The notes below the pieces were generated by a model. That model was not told the origin of the DNA. It worked only from the letters and a program-made list of their open reading frames with translations, and did not search any database. A stretch of DNA of 63,340 nt, the filler included, from Octopus bimaculoides (Eukaryota): the NCBI RefSeq assembly GCF_001194135.2. It is 8 parts of 6 records of this genome, joined end to end, with 100 filler letters (N's around TTAATTAATTAA, not from the genome) between each part and the next. Parts side by side here need not be neighbours in the genome. Positions count along the whole stretch, not along the records: positions 47,245 to 56,607 come from NC_068983.1; positions 56,708 to 59,469 come from NW_026418287.1; positions 59,570 to 63,340 come from NC_068983.1; 5 more parts are not named here. The stretch is one strand, 5' to 3'. A program made the translations under genes and the position numbers. Shown in pieces: positions 51,388 through 63,340 of the stretch (position 1 is its first letter; every line of letters begins with the position of its first letter).

Positions 51388-51868
51388 CTTTTATCTTTTA
51401 CTTGTTCCAATCGTGAGGCTGCAGCCATGCTGGGGCTTTGAAGAATTTTTAGTCGAATGAATCGACCCCAGTACTTATTTTTTTAAAGCCTGGAACTTAT
51501 TCTATCGGTTCACTTTTGCCGAATTGCTAAGTTACGGCGACGTAAACACAACACCCGTTGTCAAGCGGTGGTGGGGGACATCCTCCGACACAAGACACAC
51601 ATACACACACGCATGCATGTACACGCGCGAACGTACATACATACACGTACATGCGCGCACGCTCACACATATACGCTCACATAAAAACACACACATATTA
51701 TATACGACAGGCTTCTTTCAGTTTCCGACCACCAAATCCACTAACAAGGCTTTGGTCGGCTCGAGGATATAGTAGAAAATACTTGCCCAAAGTGCCACCC
51801 ACGCAGCGGAACTGAACCTGGAACCATGTGGTTGAGAAGCAAACTTCTTACCACACAGCTATGCCTGT
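51388..51868 (-). mobile_element. SINE family B, second adjacent full-length copy
   Basis: Same layout as 50920-51321, more diverged. Confidence 0.85.
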
Positions 51869-51883
51869 CCCTAAATGTTTAAC

Positions 51884-51987
51884 ATTGGTTTCAAATTTTG
51901 GCACAAGGCCAGCAAGTTCGCGGGGAGGGATAAATCGATTACAATTATTTATTTTATCAACCCTGGAAGGATGATTGATGTTAACTA
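51884..51987 (-). mobile_element. SINE family A 3' part running into a gap
   Basis: TTTCAAATTTTGGCACAAGGCCAGCAAGTTCG...TTTTATCAACCCTGGAAGGATG. Confidence 0.75.
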
Positions 51988-52884
51988 NNNNNNNNNNNNN
52001 NNNNNNNNNNNNNNNNNNNNNNNNNNNNNNNNNNNNNNNNNNNNNNNNNNNNNNNNNNNNNNNNNNNNNNNNNNNNNNNNNNNNNNNNNNNNNNNNNNNN
52101 NNNNNNNNNNNNNNNNNNNNNNNNNNNNNNNNNNNNNNNNNNNNNNNNNNNNNNNNNNNNNNNNNNNNNNNNNNNNNNNNNNNNNNNNNNNNNNNNNNNN
52201 NNNNNNNNNNNNNNNNNNNNNNNNNNNNNNNNNNNNNNNNNNNNNNNNNNNNNNNNNNNNNNNNNNNNNNNNNNNNNNNNNNNNNNNNNNNNNNNNNNNN
52301 NNNNNNNNNNNNNNNNNNNNNNNNNNNNNNNNNNNNNNNNNNNNNNNNNNNNNNNNNNNNNNNNNNNNNNNNNNNNNNNNNNNNNNNNNNNNNNNNNNNN
52401 NNNNNNNNNNNNNNNNNNNNNNNNNNNNNNNNNNNNNNNNNNNNNNNNNNNNNNNNNNNNNNNNNNNNNNNNNNNNNNNNNNNNNNNNNNNNNNNNNNNN
52501 NNNNNNNNNNNNNNNNNNNNNNNNNNNNNNNNNNNNNNNNNNNNNNNNNNNNNNNNNNNNNNNNNNNNNNNNNNNNNNNNNNNNNNNNNNNNNNNNNNNN
52601 NNNNNNNNNNNNNNNNNNNNNNNNNNNNNNNNNNNNNNNNNNNNNNNNNNNNNNNNNNNNNNNNNNNNNNNNNNNNNNNNNNNNNNNNNNNNNNNNNNNN
52701 NNNNNNNNNNNNNNNNNNNNNNNNNNNNNNNNNNNNNNNNNNNNNNNNNNNNNNNNNNNNNNNNNNNNNNNNNNNNNNNNNNNNNNNNNNNNNNNNNNNN
52801 NNNNNNNNNNNNNNNNNNNNNNNNNNNNNNNNNNNNNNNNNNNNNNNNNNNNNNNNNNNNNNNNNNNNNNNNNNNNNNNNNNNN

Positions 52885-53005
52885 CTACGTTAAGGGTACA
52901 CGTGTCTGTGGAGTGCTCAACCACTTGTACGTTAATTACACGAGCAGGCTGTTCTGTTGATCGGATCAACTGGGACCCTCGACGTCGTAAGCGACGGAGT
53001 GCCAA
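52885..53005 (+). mobile_element. SINE family C tail
   Basis: CTACGTTAAGGGTACACGTGTCTGTGGAGTGCTC...GACGGAGTGCCAA. Confidence 0.85.
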
Positions 53006-53156
53006 ACTATATCTAGGGCAGGATGTGATTTGATTTGAGATAGATTTGGTTGCTATATCTAGTAGGTCAAATAGAAGATACTCTGTTAACTATCTTCCTT
53101 ATATCGCACTTATTTTATCCACACCCCTTCTTCGTCTCTCTTTCCTATTCCACTTA

Positions 53157-53229
<73 letters not shown>

Positions 53230-54009
53230 GTCTGTGTACCTCCGTCATTCTCATGAGAAAAGAAAGACTCAACTTCATTATCAAGCATTCAACCCAATGT
53301 TATATATTTTCTATTACAATGTTATATACTTTCTACTTCAACTCATCAATAGACAATTATATATAAAGACTACTAACAGGTGGGTGGGGGTGGGGGGGAG
53401 TTTGAGATAGCGATAAAGAAAGGAAATAGAGAAAACAACTACAACTACAAATAAAATAAGCAAATACATAAAGAAACAAAATGAGACCTTTGTTGAGGAA
53501 TCTTACGAAGGCTTGAATACACGCTAGTATATAACTGGACATATATTCTATCGACGTTGGGGGCGAATGGAAAGCAGAAACAATTCTGATGTGAAAATAC
53601 CACGAAGGTACTAGTTCTCAAGGTAGTACTGAGCTGCAAGAAATAGCAACTAAATTAACCTCATAAAATAACGTATCGTAATAAAATGGATTCACATTGT
53701 ATGATGCTGTTTTAAGAATTATATCTTAAGGAAAAGTCAGTATGATCGTAGTTTGAAGATTTTTGATCTTAGTTCTAGTCAAACAGTGCTGAACTAGAGC
53801 TAAACAACAAGACCAGCAACTACTAAAGAATCATTAGTACTTTAGTATGTACTCCAGCATTCCTCTTTCCACTGACCCACAAAAGCCAGAGGTTGTGATG
53901 GGTAATAATAACTGCAAAATTTCATGGGATTTCTCTATAAAAAATTGAGCATTCAATTCAAACAACGGGACCATATATGGTCGTTGAGAACAAACCAACT
54001 AACAAACAA

Positions 54010-54351
54010 CTAGTGCAAGATTATAGAATTTGCAATACGGTATGATAGTAGAGGGGATATGAAAGAGAGAAAATTGAGAAATACCAGAAACTAACCAGAG
54101 AGATGAAGAAATTGTAGAACATATAAGTGACAATTGTCCCTGTTGGTAATTTGTGTTCTGGACAGAAATTAGAAACTATTTTCAAAAAGGTTGGAGGATA
54201 TTGGAACTGAGACATGTATTGTCGACCTTTAGAAACTTATAAACTATATTCTGAAAGAGTCTGAAGAAAAAGTCTTGAGATTTAACGAAACTTGCTGTCA
54301 CTAAGCCTCAGGATAACAATCCTGCTAACAAAATTAGCATCTAATAGGTTT

Positions 54352-54353
<2 letters not shown>
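54010..54353 (+). mobile_element. R4/Dong-like LINE 3' end, decayed endonuclease domain plus 3' UTR
   Basis: CKIIEFAIRYDSRGDMKERKIEKYQKLTREMKKL*NI*VTIVPVG; ends directly in (TAA)n. Confidence 0.7.

Positions 54354-54427
<74 letters not shown>
54354..54427. repeat. (TAA)n microsatellite between two R4/Dong-like elements
   Basis: Pure TAA run. Confidence 0.98.
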
Positions 54428-54428
<1 letters not shown>

Positions 54429-55325
54429 TGCAATTTGGCCTCGATAAATGTGCAAAAGCTACCTTTATCAAAGGAAAAATGACAGAAATATCTAACGTTA
54501 ACCTTGACCAGCAGAATGTCATAAAAGAGTTAGAACCAGCGGAGAGCTACAAATACCTAGGGGTACTTGAAGGGGACGGAATCAGGCATTCAGTGATGAG
54601 AGAATGGATCAGGAGAGAATGTTATCGCAGGGTGAGAGCAAAACTTAAGACAGAGCTGAAACAAATCTGAAACAGAAGGTTTTTATCATAGCAGCCCAAG
54701 ATCAATGCCTACCTACAAGGAACTACCAGGCCAACATATTAAAGAACGGCAGCTTCCCAGCATGTCGTGTATGCCAACAACAAAATGAAACCATTGATCA
54801 TGTTGTCTCCAAGTGCAGTCTTCTTGCGCCAACAGAGTATCTCAACAGGCATGATAAAGCTGCACAATATATTCACTGGGTAATTTACAAAAACCTGGAC
54901 TTGCCCCATGATAAATCTGGTGAGAATACAAACCACCTCCAGTGCTTGAAAATGATCACATCGCACTCCTCTGGAACTTCACCATTCAAACCGTCAGAAA
55001 GATAGATGCAAATAGGCCAGACATCATATTGACATCAGACAAAATCATGCCTCCTCATTGATATGACTGTCCCAATCGATATAAACGTATCTGTCGAGGC
55101 CTACCAAGAACTGAGCAAATATAAAGATCTTGAAACAGAAATTAGCAAAATGTGGAACCTGAAGACTAAAATAATACCTGTTGTCATAGGTGCCCTGGAA
55201 ATGATAGCANNNNNNNNNNAAAATAATACCTGTTGTCATAGGTGCCCTGGAAATGATAGCAAAAGGAGCTGATTGCTACCTAGCTCAGATATCAGGAAAC
55301 CCCAAAATGGCAGAAATTCAATAGA
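54428..55325 (+). mobile_element. R4/Dong-like LINE, 5'-truncated: end of RT, CCHC zinc finger, restriction-like endonuclease
   Basis: QFGLDKCAK...YKYLGVLEGD, AAQDQCLPTRNY, CRVCQQQNETIDHVVSKC, NRPDI, LIDMTVP...[13 protein letters not shown]...PVVIGAL. Confidence 0.9.
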
Positions 55326-55804
55326 TAATACCGACCCTAGTACTTGACTGGTATTTTATTTTTATCGACCCCGTCTGGCTGAAATTCTTTCATTTTGTCC
55401 ACCACAATCTCTCTTTCATTCAAACAACAACACGTTTGCAGGATGTGCGCAGGGCATATAAAAATATAATTATTTATAAATGAAGGACAGGATAAGGGCA
55501 TTATAGAATATGTTGAGACATATAGCTAATAACAAATAATACGAAGATGTACTTGTATGGAAAATGCTTTAATATTAGATCACGTGCCGAAATTAAAACG
55601 ATTGCACCGTCGTGGAAGGCACAGGTTAGTCATTCAGAAATACACAAAGGCTGTTAATTTCACTTAAACATTGTTTGTAATACGGTGTCAAAATTCTCGC
55701 CGCTCGAAACTGCGACATGGTCATTGACAAGATTTGTGCTGTTTCGTAATTAAGAAATAAATAACTCAATCTGTTTAATACGAAATAGATTACACAAAAT
55801 CCAG

Positions 55805-55846
55805 AGATTTCGTATATGCCGTTAGACTATGGTTCGGCAGCACCTG
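55805..55846 (+). CDS. Weak candidate short or first exon (MPLDYGSAAP if started at ATG 55816)
   Basis: Strong donor CTG/GTAAGT at 55847 in non-repetitive sequence; acceptor weak; no family recognised. Confidence 0.15.
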
Positions 55847-56239
55847 GTAAGTTTCGCTTCAAAGCGCAGCGCTGGGTAACATTTCCTTTTCTGAAAAACA
55901 AGCAAGTGTATAAGCATGCAACTCTCCACTATTTACGCCAATTTTGATGTTTCTCAAGGGAAAGGTAAAAGCCAACACATCTTGTTACCGCAGGTGTTGG
56001 AACAGACGGAACAGATGTGGGTCAGTGACCAGATGCTGCAAAAACATCTCATCTGACGTTCTAATACAGTGCTTCCTCAACCTATTTTTTTTTTATTATT
56101 CATCACTCGCCTTTGTTTCACTAACACCTTTTTTCAACAGCCACCTGTAACGATCCAACGAAATTAAATGCACCTTATGTACGTATTCATCATATATGTA
56201 TAAAAAAAATGATAAATTAAGTGATTAAAAAAAAAACCA

Positions 56240-56312
56240 AGTTCGAATTGTTCGACTACAAGTCTTCATGGCGGTGCTCCAGCATGGCCGCAGTCCAGTG
56301 ACTGAAACAAAC
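56240..56312 (+). mobile_element. SINE family B 3' end
   Basis: GGCGGTGCTCCAGCATGGCCGCAGTC..GTGACTGAAACAA. Confidence 0.75.
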
Positions 56313-56486
56313 AAAAGATTAACGACATCTATGCATGTCCTCCTGGATATACCTAATTTTTGTTTCAAGAACGGAAACTCTTGAGCTATTTCTCAAGCCA
56401 TGAATTTATACTGCTGCTCTGCTGCACTGCTGCTGTTGCAGCTGCTGCTGATAATGATAATAATGATAATAATAATAATAATAATG

Positions 56487-56532
<46 letters not shown>

Positions 56533-56540
56533 TGATGATG

Positions 56541-56577
<37 letters not shown>

Positions 56578-56651
56578 TGATGATGATAATAATAATAATA
56601 ATAATAANNNNNNNNNNNNNNNNNNNNNNNNNNNNNNNNNNNNNNNNNNNN

Positions 56652-56663
56652 TTAATTAATTAA
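56652..56663. other. Artificial scaffold-join spacer
   Basis: TTAATTAATTAA inside a 100-bp N gap. Confidence 0.95.
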
Positions 56664-56863
56664 NNNNNNNNNNNNNNNNNNNNNNNNNNNNNNNNNNNNN
56701 NNNNNNNCTGTAAATAGGTTTCACTGGTAGGAAAAATAATAAAATATTAAAAGAGAAAATACACATGTACTAGAAATTAAATATTTTCTGAAACTAACAA
56801 TAAATATTCTAAATTATCAATTGAAGATTATCATAAGTTTTTGAAAAAAATAAGATGAAATAA

Positions 56864-57080
56864 TCCTTTCTACTATAGGCAAAAAGGCCTGGAATTTTGG
56901 GGAAGGGGCTAGTCAATTATATCGACCCCAGTGCTTAACAGGTACTTATTTTATCAACTCCAAAAGAATGAAAGGCAAATCTGGCCTTGGTGGAATTTGA
57001 ACTCAGACTGTGAAGCTGGAAGAAATGCTACTAAGCATTTTTCTCAGAGTGGCAATAATTCTGCCAGCTTGCCACCTTAA
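56864..57080 (-). mobile_element. SINE family A (tail alpha)
   Basis: CCTTTCTACTATAGGC...GGTGGAATTTGAACTCAGA...CTGCCAGCTTGCCACCTTAA. Confidence 0.85.
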
Positions 57081-57529
57081 TAAGATGAAATAACAAAATA
57101 TAAAAATTAATCCAGCTAGTATTTAACATTAAAACATTGATAATTCTAAACAACTGAGAACTATATCTAGGTTTACAATGTATTTGCCAAGAAGATAGTT
57201 TATAGAATTGTAAAGAAAAAAANNNNNNNNNNGCATGAACTTTCTACCAATAAACAAACATTCTAATAAAATTCAGCAAAAAATCTCAAATCATACAGAC
57301 ATGAGAAAATAGAATTAAGTAATGAAATTTCTTTTCATAACTTGTGCACATTAAAAGAATGTCTCCCAATAAAAATAATTTGAAGTATTTTATTAGTGAA
57401 TCTTGGGGAAAAGGATGTCTGTTTTTCATCACATCAGAGTGGTGTTGTAATGTAGTATGAGAGGCAGAAAATGGTGTGATGCCAATAAAATGAAAGCATA
57501 TATACAGCAAAGAGAGAGAAAAATAACTA

Positions 57530-59469
57530 GGCATTTATGTGGCTTGATATGATGAATGCTCTTAAATTGGTTACACACAAACTGCAGGAGTATGCCATGG
57601 AGCTGTTCTAGATCCTGTCAGAATTTCACTAATTGATGATGAACTATTATGTCCAATTCTACATGAGATTTACCACAAAGGGCTATACAACAACTTGGCA
57701 TAAACTTGATGTGGGAATTGCAGCTGGTGTAAAATTTCAGTGATTTGGTTCATTCTTGGAGTGGAAGTCATCCCATAAGGTATAATGACCATGAAATAAA
57801 GGTCCACCTCACCCCTAAGAATACTTAAATGGATAACGTTGCACAGCTGGTTAAAGATGAGAAATCAATGATGATAATTTTGTGTAAACTGGATGAGCTG
57901 ATAAGCTGGTAAAGGAGGTATTTTAAAACAAAGAAGTCATGCAGTGTAGAACTCATTAAAGGAAGACTGAAAAAAGTGAAGTATGAAATTGCAGAAGTTA
58001 TGCCTACTATAGTAGAGGAGCTTGTGAAGAGTCAGGGGAGACTGTACCACTTANNNNNNNNNNTACTATAGTAGAGGAGCTTGTGAAGAGTCAGGGGAGA
58101 CTGTACCACTTAATGACAGAAGTGAGGTTGAGTAGAGTTCAGAAAATGACAGAGGAAGAACTCTCAATATTTCACAAAAGGTTACTGCCAGGCAAGTTCA
58201 GACTGATGTTGGCAATTTGTTCTGTACCCTAGACTGTAGTGTTGTATGAAGTTGTACTGACATAAGTTGCAATCATTGAACAGAAATGTCAGAAATACAT
58301 CTGTAAGTGGCTGGGATTGCCACAGACCCTTGCATGCATGGCTTTGTACAGCAACAAAGGTCCATTTGAGATACCAATTTGATCAGTAGTGAAGTAGTAC
58401 AAATGTAGTAAAATGTAGACTATATTGTTGCTGTATTATACAAATGGCTATGTTATCCATTCCTCCCCATCCAGAGATTGACTGGAAGAAAGTGGATAAC
58501 GTTTGAGGCAACAGAGAAGTTTTAGTGAGGTCCCTAGAATATAAAAATATAGTGGTCTACACACAGACCAACAGGAAAGGACTTGGAAGCAATGAGTNNN
58601 NNNNNNNATAGTGGTCTACACACAGACCAACAGGAAAGGACTTGGAAGCAATGAGTTCAAACCATACCATATTTTGAATGAGAAGGAGAAAAGAACTGCA
58701 ACATCCAACCAGATAAAGGAAGAAGACCACTCTATGGAGTTTGTACAATGTGGCCAGCAGGGACAGTGTGTTGCATGGTTAGATGAAAGCTAAGATGGAA
58801 AGAACTTCAGTCCTGGGAGCCAGCAAGAATTAGTTTTCTGATCTGCTCCATCTATGGCATGCTTCCAAGTTTTGCACACCGAAAGCATTGGAAAATGGAG
58901 GCATGTGGTCTGTGCAAATGTGGAAAGGTTAGAACAATGAGGCACATATTCACCAATTTCCCACTAGGGCTGAAGAACAGATGCACATGGCAGTATAACC
59001 AAGCACTTAGAGTACTGACTGATGCAGTGGTGGAGAGGATAATGTGAATTAGCAATGGTGAAAGACCACAAGTAGTGGAGCATGGGAAGATAAAGGTTGC
59101 AAGCCAGCCACTGTAAGGAAGAAGAATGATCAAAAATGAGAAGGGAGTTGGGAGTTTTTTGTTGATTCTAATGGTAAATATCACTTGTCACTTTCTACCA
59201 TCAAGAGACCTGACCTTGTCATATGGTGCCAAGAAAAAAAGATGGTAAAGATGGTTGAGCTGGCAGTTCCTTAGGAAGGAAACATCGAAAATGCTCTCCT
59301 TAGGAAAGAAAATATAAGGTGTTTAAACTCTGTGAAAACAATGGATGAGAGGTAATCTGCCTTCCTGTACTAGAAAACTGCCAGAAGTTGTTAAGAAAGT
59401 AACTCATTACATCTTCCTCAGGAGAGAGCATAAGTGATGCTGCAAGAATTAGCAATGAGGATGGTAGAA
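57530..59469 (+). mobile_element. Hero/R2-group non-LTR retrotransposon, decayed RT, zinc finger and endonuclease
   Basis: WLDMMNA, WHKLDVGIAAG, LPGKFRL, KYICKWLGLP, TGRKW, TQTNRKGLG, ISFLICSIYGMLP, CGLCKCG..TMRHI...TWQYNQALR, KRPDLVIW...VELAVP*EGNI. Confidence 0.8.
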
Positions 59470-59513
59470 NNNNNNNNNNNNNNNNNNNNNNNNNNNNNNN
59501 NNNNNNNNNNNNN

Positions 59514-59525
59514 TTAATTAATTAA
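59514..59525. other. Artificial scaffold-join spacer
   Basis: TTAATTAATTAA inside a 100-bp N gap. Confidence 0.95.
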
Positions 59526-59569
59526 NNNNNNNNNNNNNNNNNNNNNNNNNNNNNNNNNNNNNNNNNNNN

Positions 59570-61700
59570 TGACGCAATGTTGCTATCTGTACCGAGTTCG
59601 ATTTTTGTAGTGGCCGGATGGCACGGGGGCCAAGTTTTGGATGGATTTTAAAATTGATGCCAACATCATTTGTGCAATATTGATGGAATATTTTCCACAT
59701 AACACAACTGATATAGCGCTCCCGGCGGCGTTGGAAAAAATAAAGATTGAGTCTTTTTAGTCGACCCCAATAATCAATGTCTCTTATGCCGTCTATCTTT
59801 CTTGTTATTGACCTCTGGAGTGCTTCTGCTTTCATGAGTTGCTTCGTATGGAGAGACCACAGTGTGCAACAGTATGCAAGATGGGGTCGGACAAAGGTAG
59901 AGTAGAGAAGGATGACGGTGTGGGCATCTCTAGACCGGAAAGTTCTCAGAATCCAGGAGCACATCTTGCGAGCCAAATCAACCTTGCTGTTTACGTGGGA
60001 ACTCCAGCTTAGATTGTTATCAACAATTACTCCAAAGTCTCTGGTGTTGTTGGATGACATTAGGGAGTAGCCTGAGAGAAGAGTAGTTTCAGAGTATCCT
60101 CTTTTCCAAAGTGGATCAAATTAAATTTATCTTCATTTAGGAGCATATTGTTCTTTTCTGCCCATTGGACAACAGCAAACATATACGACTGAAGGCATGT
60201 TCGGTCTCCCATACCGTTTACGGCCTTCTGGAGTTTGGAATCATTTGCAAAGATTTTCAATGTAGAATGTTTGATGACATTTACTATGTCATTGATGTAG
60301 ATAATGAAAAGGAATGGGCCCAACACAGTACCTTGTGGTACCCCACTACTGACTTTGGCTGAGCTGGATCGTATTCTTTCAAACAAAACATGTTGGGTTC
60401 TGTTCGCCAGGAAACACTTTATCCACTGCAGCAGCTTTCCACAACCTCCAATTTTGGACAGTTTCTTCAGCAGGATTTTGTGGTCCAATCTGTCAAATGC
60501 CTTGCTGAAATCAATGTACATGACGTCAGTATCGGAGCCCTCTCCCAGCGCCTTTAAGATGTCATCAAAATGGTGCAGAAGCTGCGACAGGCAGTCCCTG
60601 CTATCACGGAAACCATGCTGGTTGGGCTTCAGCAGATTGTTGTCTTCGTGGAAGTGAGTTATTCGCGATCTCACCACCCTCTCAAATACTTTAATGATAT
60701 GAGAAGTTAGTGAAATCGGACGGTAGATCACTGGAAGAGATTTGTTTCTCTTTTTGAAGACTGAAACGACAGAGTGGGAAAGAAATGATCCTGCATCAAG
60801 TGGATTTCTCCAGAGCTCAGCTAGAGGAGGTGTAATTTGATGTCGACACATCTTCAGGGCAGTGGCCAGGAACTTATCGGGACCTACTGCCGAGTTGTGC
60901 TTGATCTAATCTATTTCTCTTAGGATATCAGGAGCACCAAAAGTTATGTCAGATATGGTTAGATACTAACCAGATCAACCGCATTAGCGTTACTGAAGAC
61001 AGAGCAGTATTGTCTCTGCAGTATCTCGCATATGGATTTTGCATCATCATGTGGAGTGTTGTTCTTGTCAACCAGAGGACCAACAGTGGAAACAGCGTCT
61101 TTATGTTTTTTGCAAATGAATAGAACATTTTGGGATTGAGTTTTATTTTCACAATGGCCCAACTCTCAACTACTCTTTGACTGTTGATGATGGTCATTAT
61201 ATTTTTGGGGAGGTCGTGTTTTTTCGATTCGAGTGATTCAGTGAGAGTCGAATGAGTGCGTTGCTGCTGGCAGTATTTAAGTTGGTTGATTTTCTTGTTA
61301 ATTCTTTTTATTTTTTCTGATAATTGCATTTATATTTCTATGGATTCTGCACTTGGATTTGTATACTGATCTTAATGGAGTATGTCTTGCGCATATATTT
61401 GTCACAGTATCTACAAATGTCTGCCATGATGTGTTTATGTTGGAGGACGTGTGTACGCGCATGAAGGCCCAATCAACTTGTGAAAGATCATGATTGATCA
61501 CATCCCAGTCTGCGTTATGCAGATCCATAGTGTCAAATGGATGGACTGGAGAGATGTCACTGGATTTGATCTTTGGGTGGTAGACTGTCAGATCGCAGAG
61601 AACCATGTCATAGTCTGAGAGCAGTGATATTTTTTCCACTGCAATATTGAAGATAGTGTCAGTGTGGTTACTGAACAGTAGGTCCAAGGTGTTTTCGTTG
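59570..61700 (-). mobile_element. CR1/L2-group LINE ORF2 (end of APE endonuclease plus RT), decayed
   Basis: LDLLFSN..SDYDMV, YRPISLTSHIIKVFER, NQHGFR, YIDFSKAFDRLDH, SGVPQGTVLGPFLFIIYINDI, IFANDSKL, RDFGVIVDNNLSWSSH, YSTFVRPHL. Confidence 0.92.
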
Positions 61701-61804
61701 GGTTAGGAAAAACTCATCCATGAAATCAAAAATCAATTCGATTGCTTCCTTATCAGAGGTTGAGGCGGAAAAAACTCTATAGGTATCCAGAATGAATCTG
61801 GTAA

Positions 61805-62415
61805 AAGGGGATGGGGTGGCCGATTACATTGCACCCGGTACTCATCCAAAAGAATGAAAAGCAAAGTCAATGCTGGATGAATTTGAACTCACATCGTAAA
61901 GACGGACGAAACGCTGCTTAGTATTTTGTCCGGCATGCTAACGATTCAACCAGCTCGGCACCATGTAGACTTATTAGTAACCATTTCTACTATAGGCACA
62001 AGGCCTCAGAGTTTGTGGGAAGGGGTAAGTCGATTACATCGATCCCCTACCCCCAGTGTTCAGTAGGTACTTATTGTATTGACCCCAAAAAGATGAAAAG
62101 TAAAGTCGACCTTGATTGAATTTGAACTCAGAACGTACATACGTACCAAATGGCGTTAAGCATTTTGTCCAGCTCGGTACCATGGTAGAATTACCAATAA
62201 TCGCTTCTGCTACAGGCGCAAAGCCTGAAATTTTCAAGGAGTCAATTACATCGATTCTATTGCTCAACTTGTGCATATCTTATCAACCCCCCAAAAGGAT
62301 AAAAGTCAAAGTCGTCTTTGACAGAATTTGAACCCAGGACATTAAAAAAAAAATTAAACAACAAAAAAAACCTGCAACAAGTATTGCTAAGCGGTTTTAT
62401 CCGGTTGGCTAATGA
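61805..62415 (-). mobile_element. Three head-to-tail SINE family A copies (~61805-61962, 61981-62180, 62205-62415)
   Basis: Three occurrences of AAAGTC...GAATTTGAAC.CA, each with family A flanking motifs. Confidence 0.8.
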
Positions 62416-62609
62416 CTGTCTGTTTGACATCATGCAAAGTTAGAGATAACGTTAAACTTGTTATCTATTCTATAATTAATTAATTCATATTATTGCTCCT
62501 TAACATATATCTTTTGTCGGTGTCGTTTTACATTCAGTTTATATATATATGTGTATATATATATATATATGAATGAAAAAATATATTCATATGCGTGTGT
62601 GCGTGTGAT

Positions 62610-62649
<40 letters not shown>

Positions 62650-63072
62650 CGCGCGTGCGAGTGTATTGTTCTCCACAATGACTCATTTTAGTGTCAGACC
62701 CAAATCACCCACAAAAAGTTCCTTCGTACGAAAAGCGTTTACGTTTGTGATCAAGTGACTGAGGTCATACATCATATTCATTTCATAAAACAATAGGGAT
62801 TCACAAATACAGAATGCTCTATACTCGTATACCCTTTTTTTTTTTTCATGTTATTATTTTTAGGTTACTTGAATTTTTTTGATAGTTGCTGTTCCTTCTT
62901 TATCTTATTATATAACTACTGCTGCTGTTGCTGCTCTAATATTATTATAGTCCTGTTAGCGTTATGCGCAAACATTTATACTCACATATACCTACCTACC
63001 TATTTATAAACATATATATATATATATGTATGTATGTACGTATATATGCACGTGAGTGTGTATGTATATATA

Positions 63073-63340
63073 TACTCTTTTACTCTTTTACTTGTTTCAG
63101 TCATTTGACTGTGGCCATGCTGGAACACCGCCTTTAGTCGAGCAAATCAACCCCAGGACTTATTCTTTGGATGCCTAGTACTTATTCTATCGGTCTCTCT
63201 TGCCGAACCGCTAAGTTACGGGGACATAAACACACCAGCATCGGTTGTCAAGCAATGGTGGGGGGACAAACACAGACACACAAACACACATACAATATAT
63301 ATATACATATAATACGACGGGCTTCTTTCAGTTTCCGTCT
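63073..63340 (-). mobile_element. SINE family B, cut by window end
   Basis: (TACTCTTT)n tail, then near-identity to 50940-51183. Confidence 0.9.

Noticed and set aside
54258-54303. AGT-CTGAAGA...GAAA...TC-ACT hammerhead-like string
   Set aside because: Helices II and III pair poorly and the sequence is the 3' UTR of the R4/Dong-like fragment; probably coincidental.
55168-58656. Exact ~40-50-bp direct repeats at 55168-55262, 58005-58112 and 58548-58656
   Set aside because: Each pair flanks a 10-N gap; these are unmerged contig overlaps, not biological duplications.

Overview
AT-rich, repeat-dense animal genomic DNA, most likely an octopus or other cephalopod. That assignment is inferred from the recurrent tRNA-derived SINE families and very dense microsatellites, not proven. 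No host protein-coding gene is confidently identifiable; there are only weak single-exon candidates. Seven 100-bp scaffold joins (44 N + TTAATTAATTAA + 44 N) split the window into 8 pieces whose adjacency is assembly-derived. Recognisable decayed transposons: Tc1 (4.2-5.3 kb), four R4/Dong-like LINE fragments arranged as two pairs around (TAA)n tracts (6 kb, 54-55 kb), a Penelope-like element with RT and GIY-YIG (41.7-45.0 kb), mariner (45.0-46.2 kb), a Chapaev3-like element (48.7-50.7 kb), a Hero/R2-group LINE (57.5-59.5 kb), a CR1/L2-group LINE (59.6-61.7 kb) and more than 25 SINE copies with shuffled modules. The most interesting signal is absent from the ORF track: several unrelated small elements carry type I hammerhead ribozyme folds with palindromic helix III. 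They occur as inverted pairs with one ribozyme on each strand (165-729; 37812-37983), as a 521-nt tandem pair (3467-4185), and as single or decayed copies. Hammerheads in Penelope terminal repeats are established knowledge; activity, expression and novelty of these copies are untested inferences.
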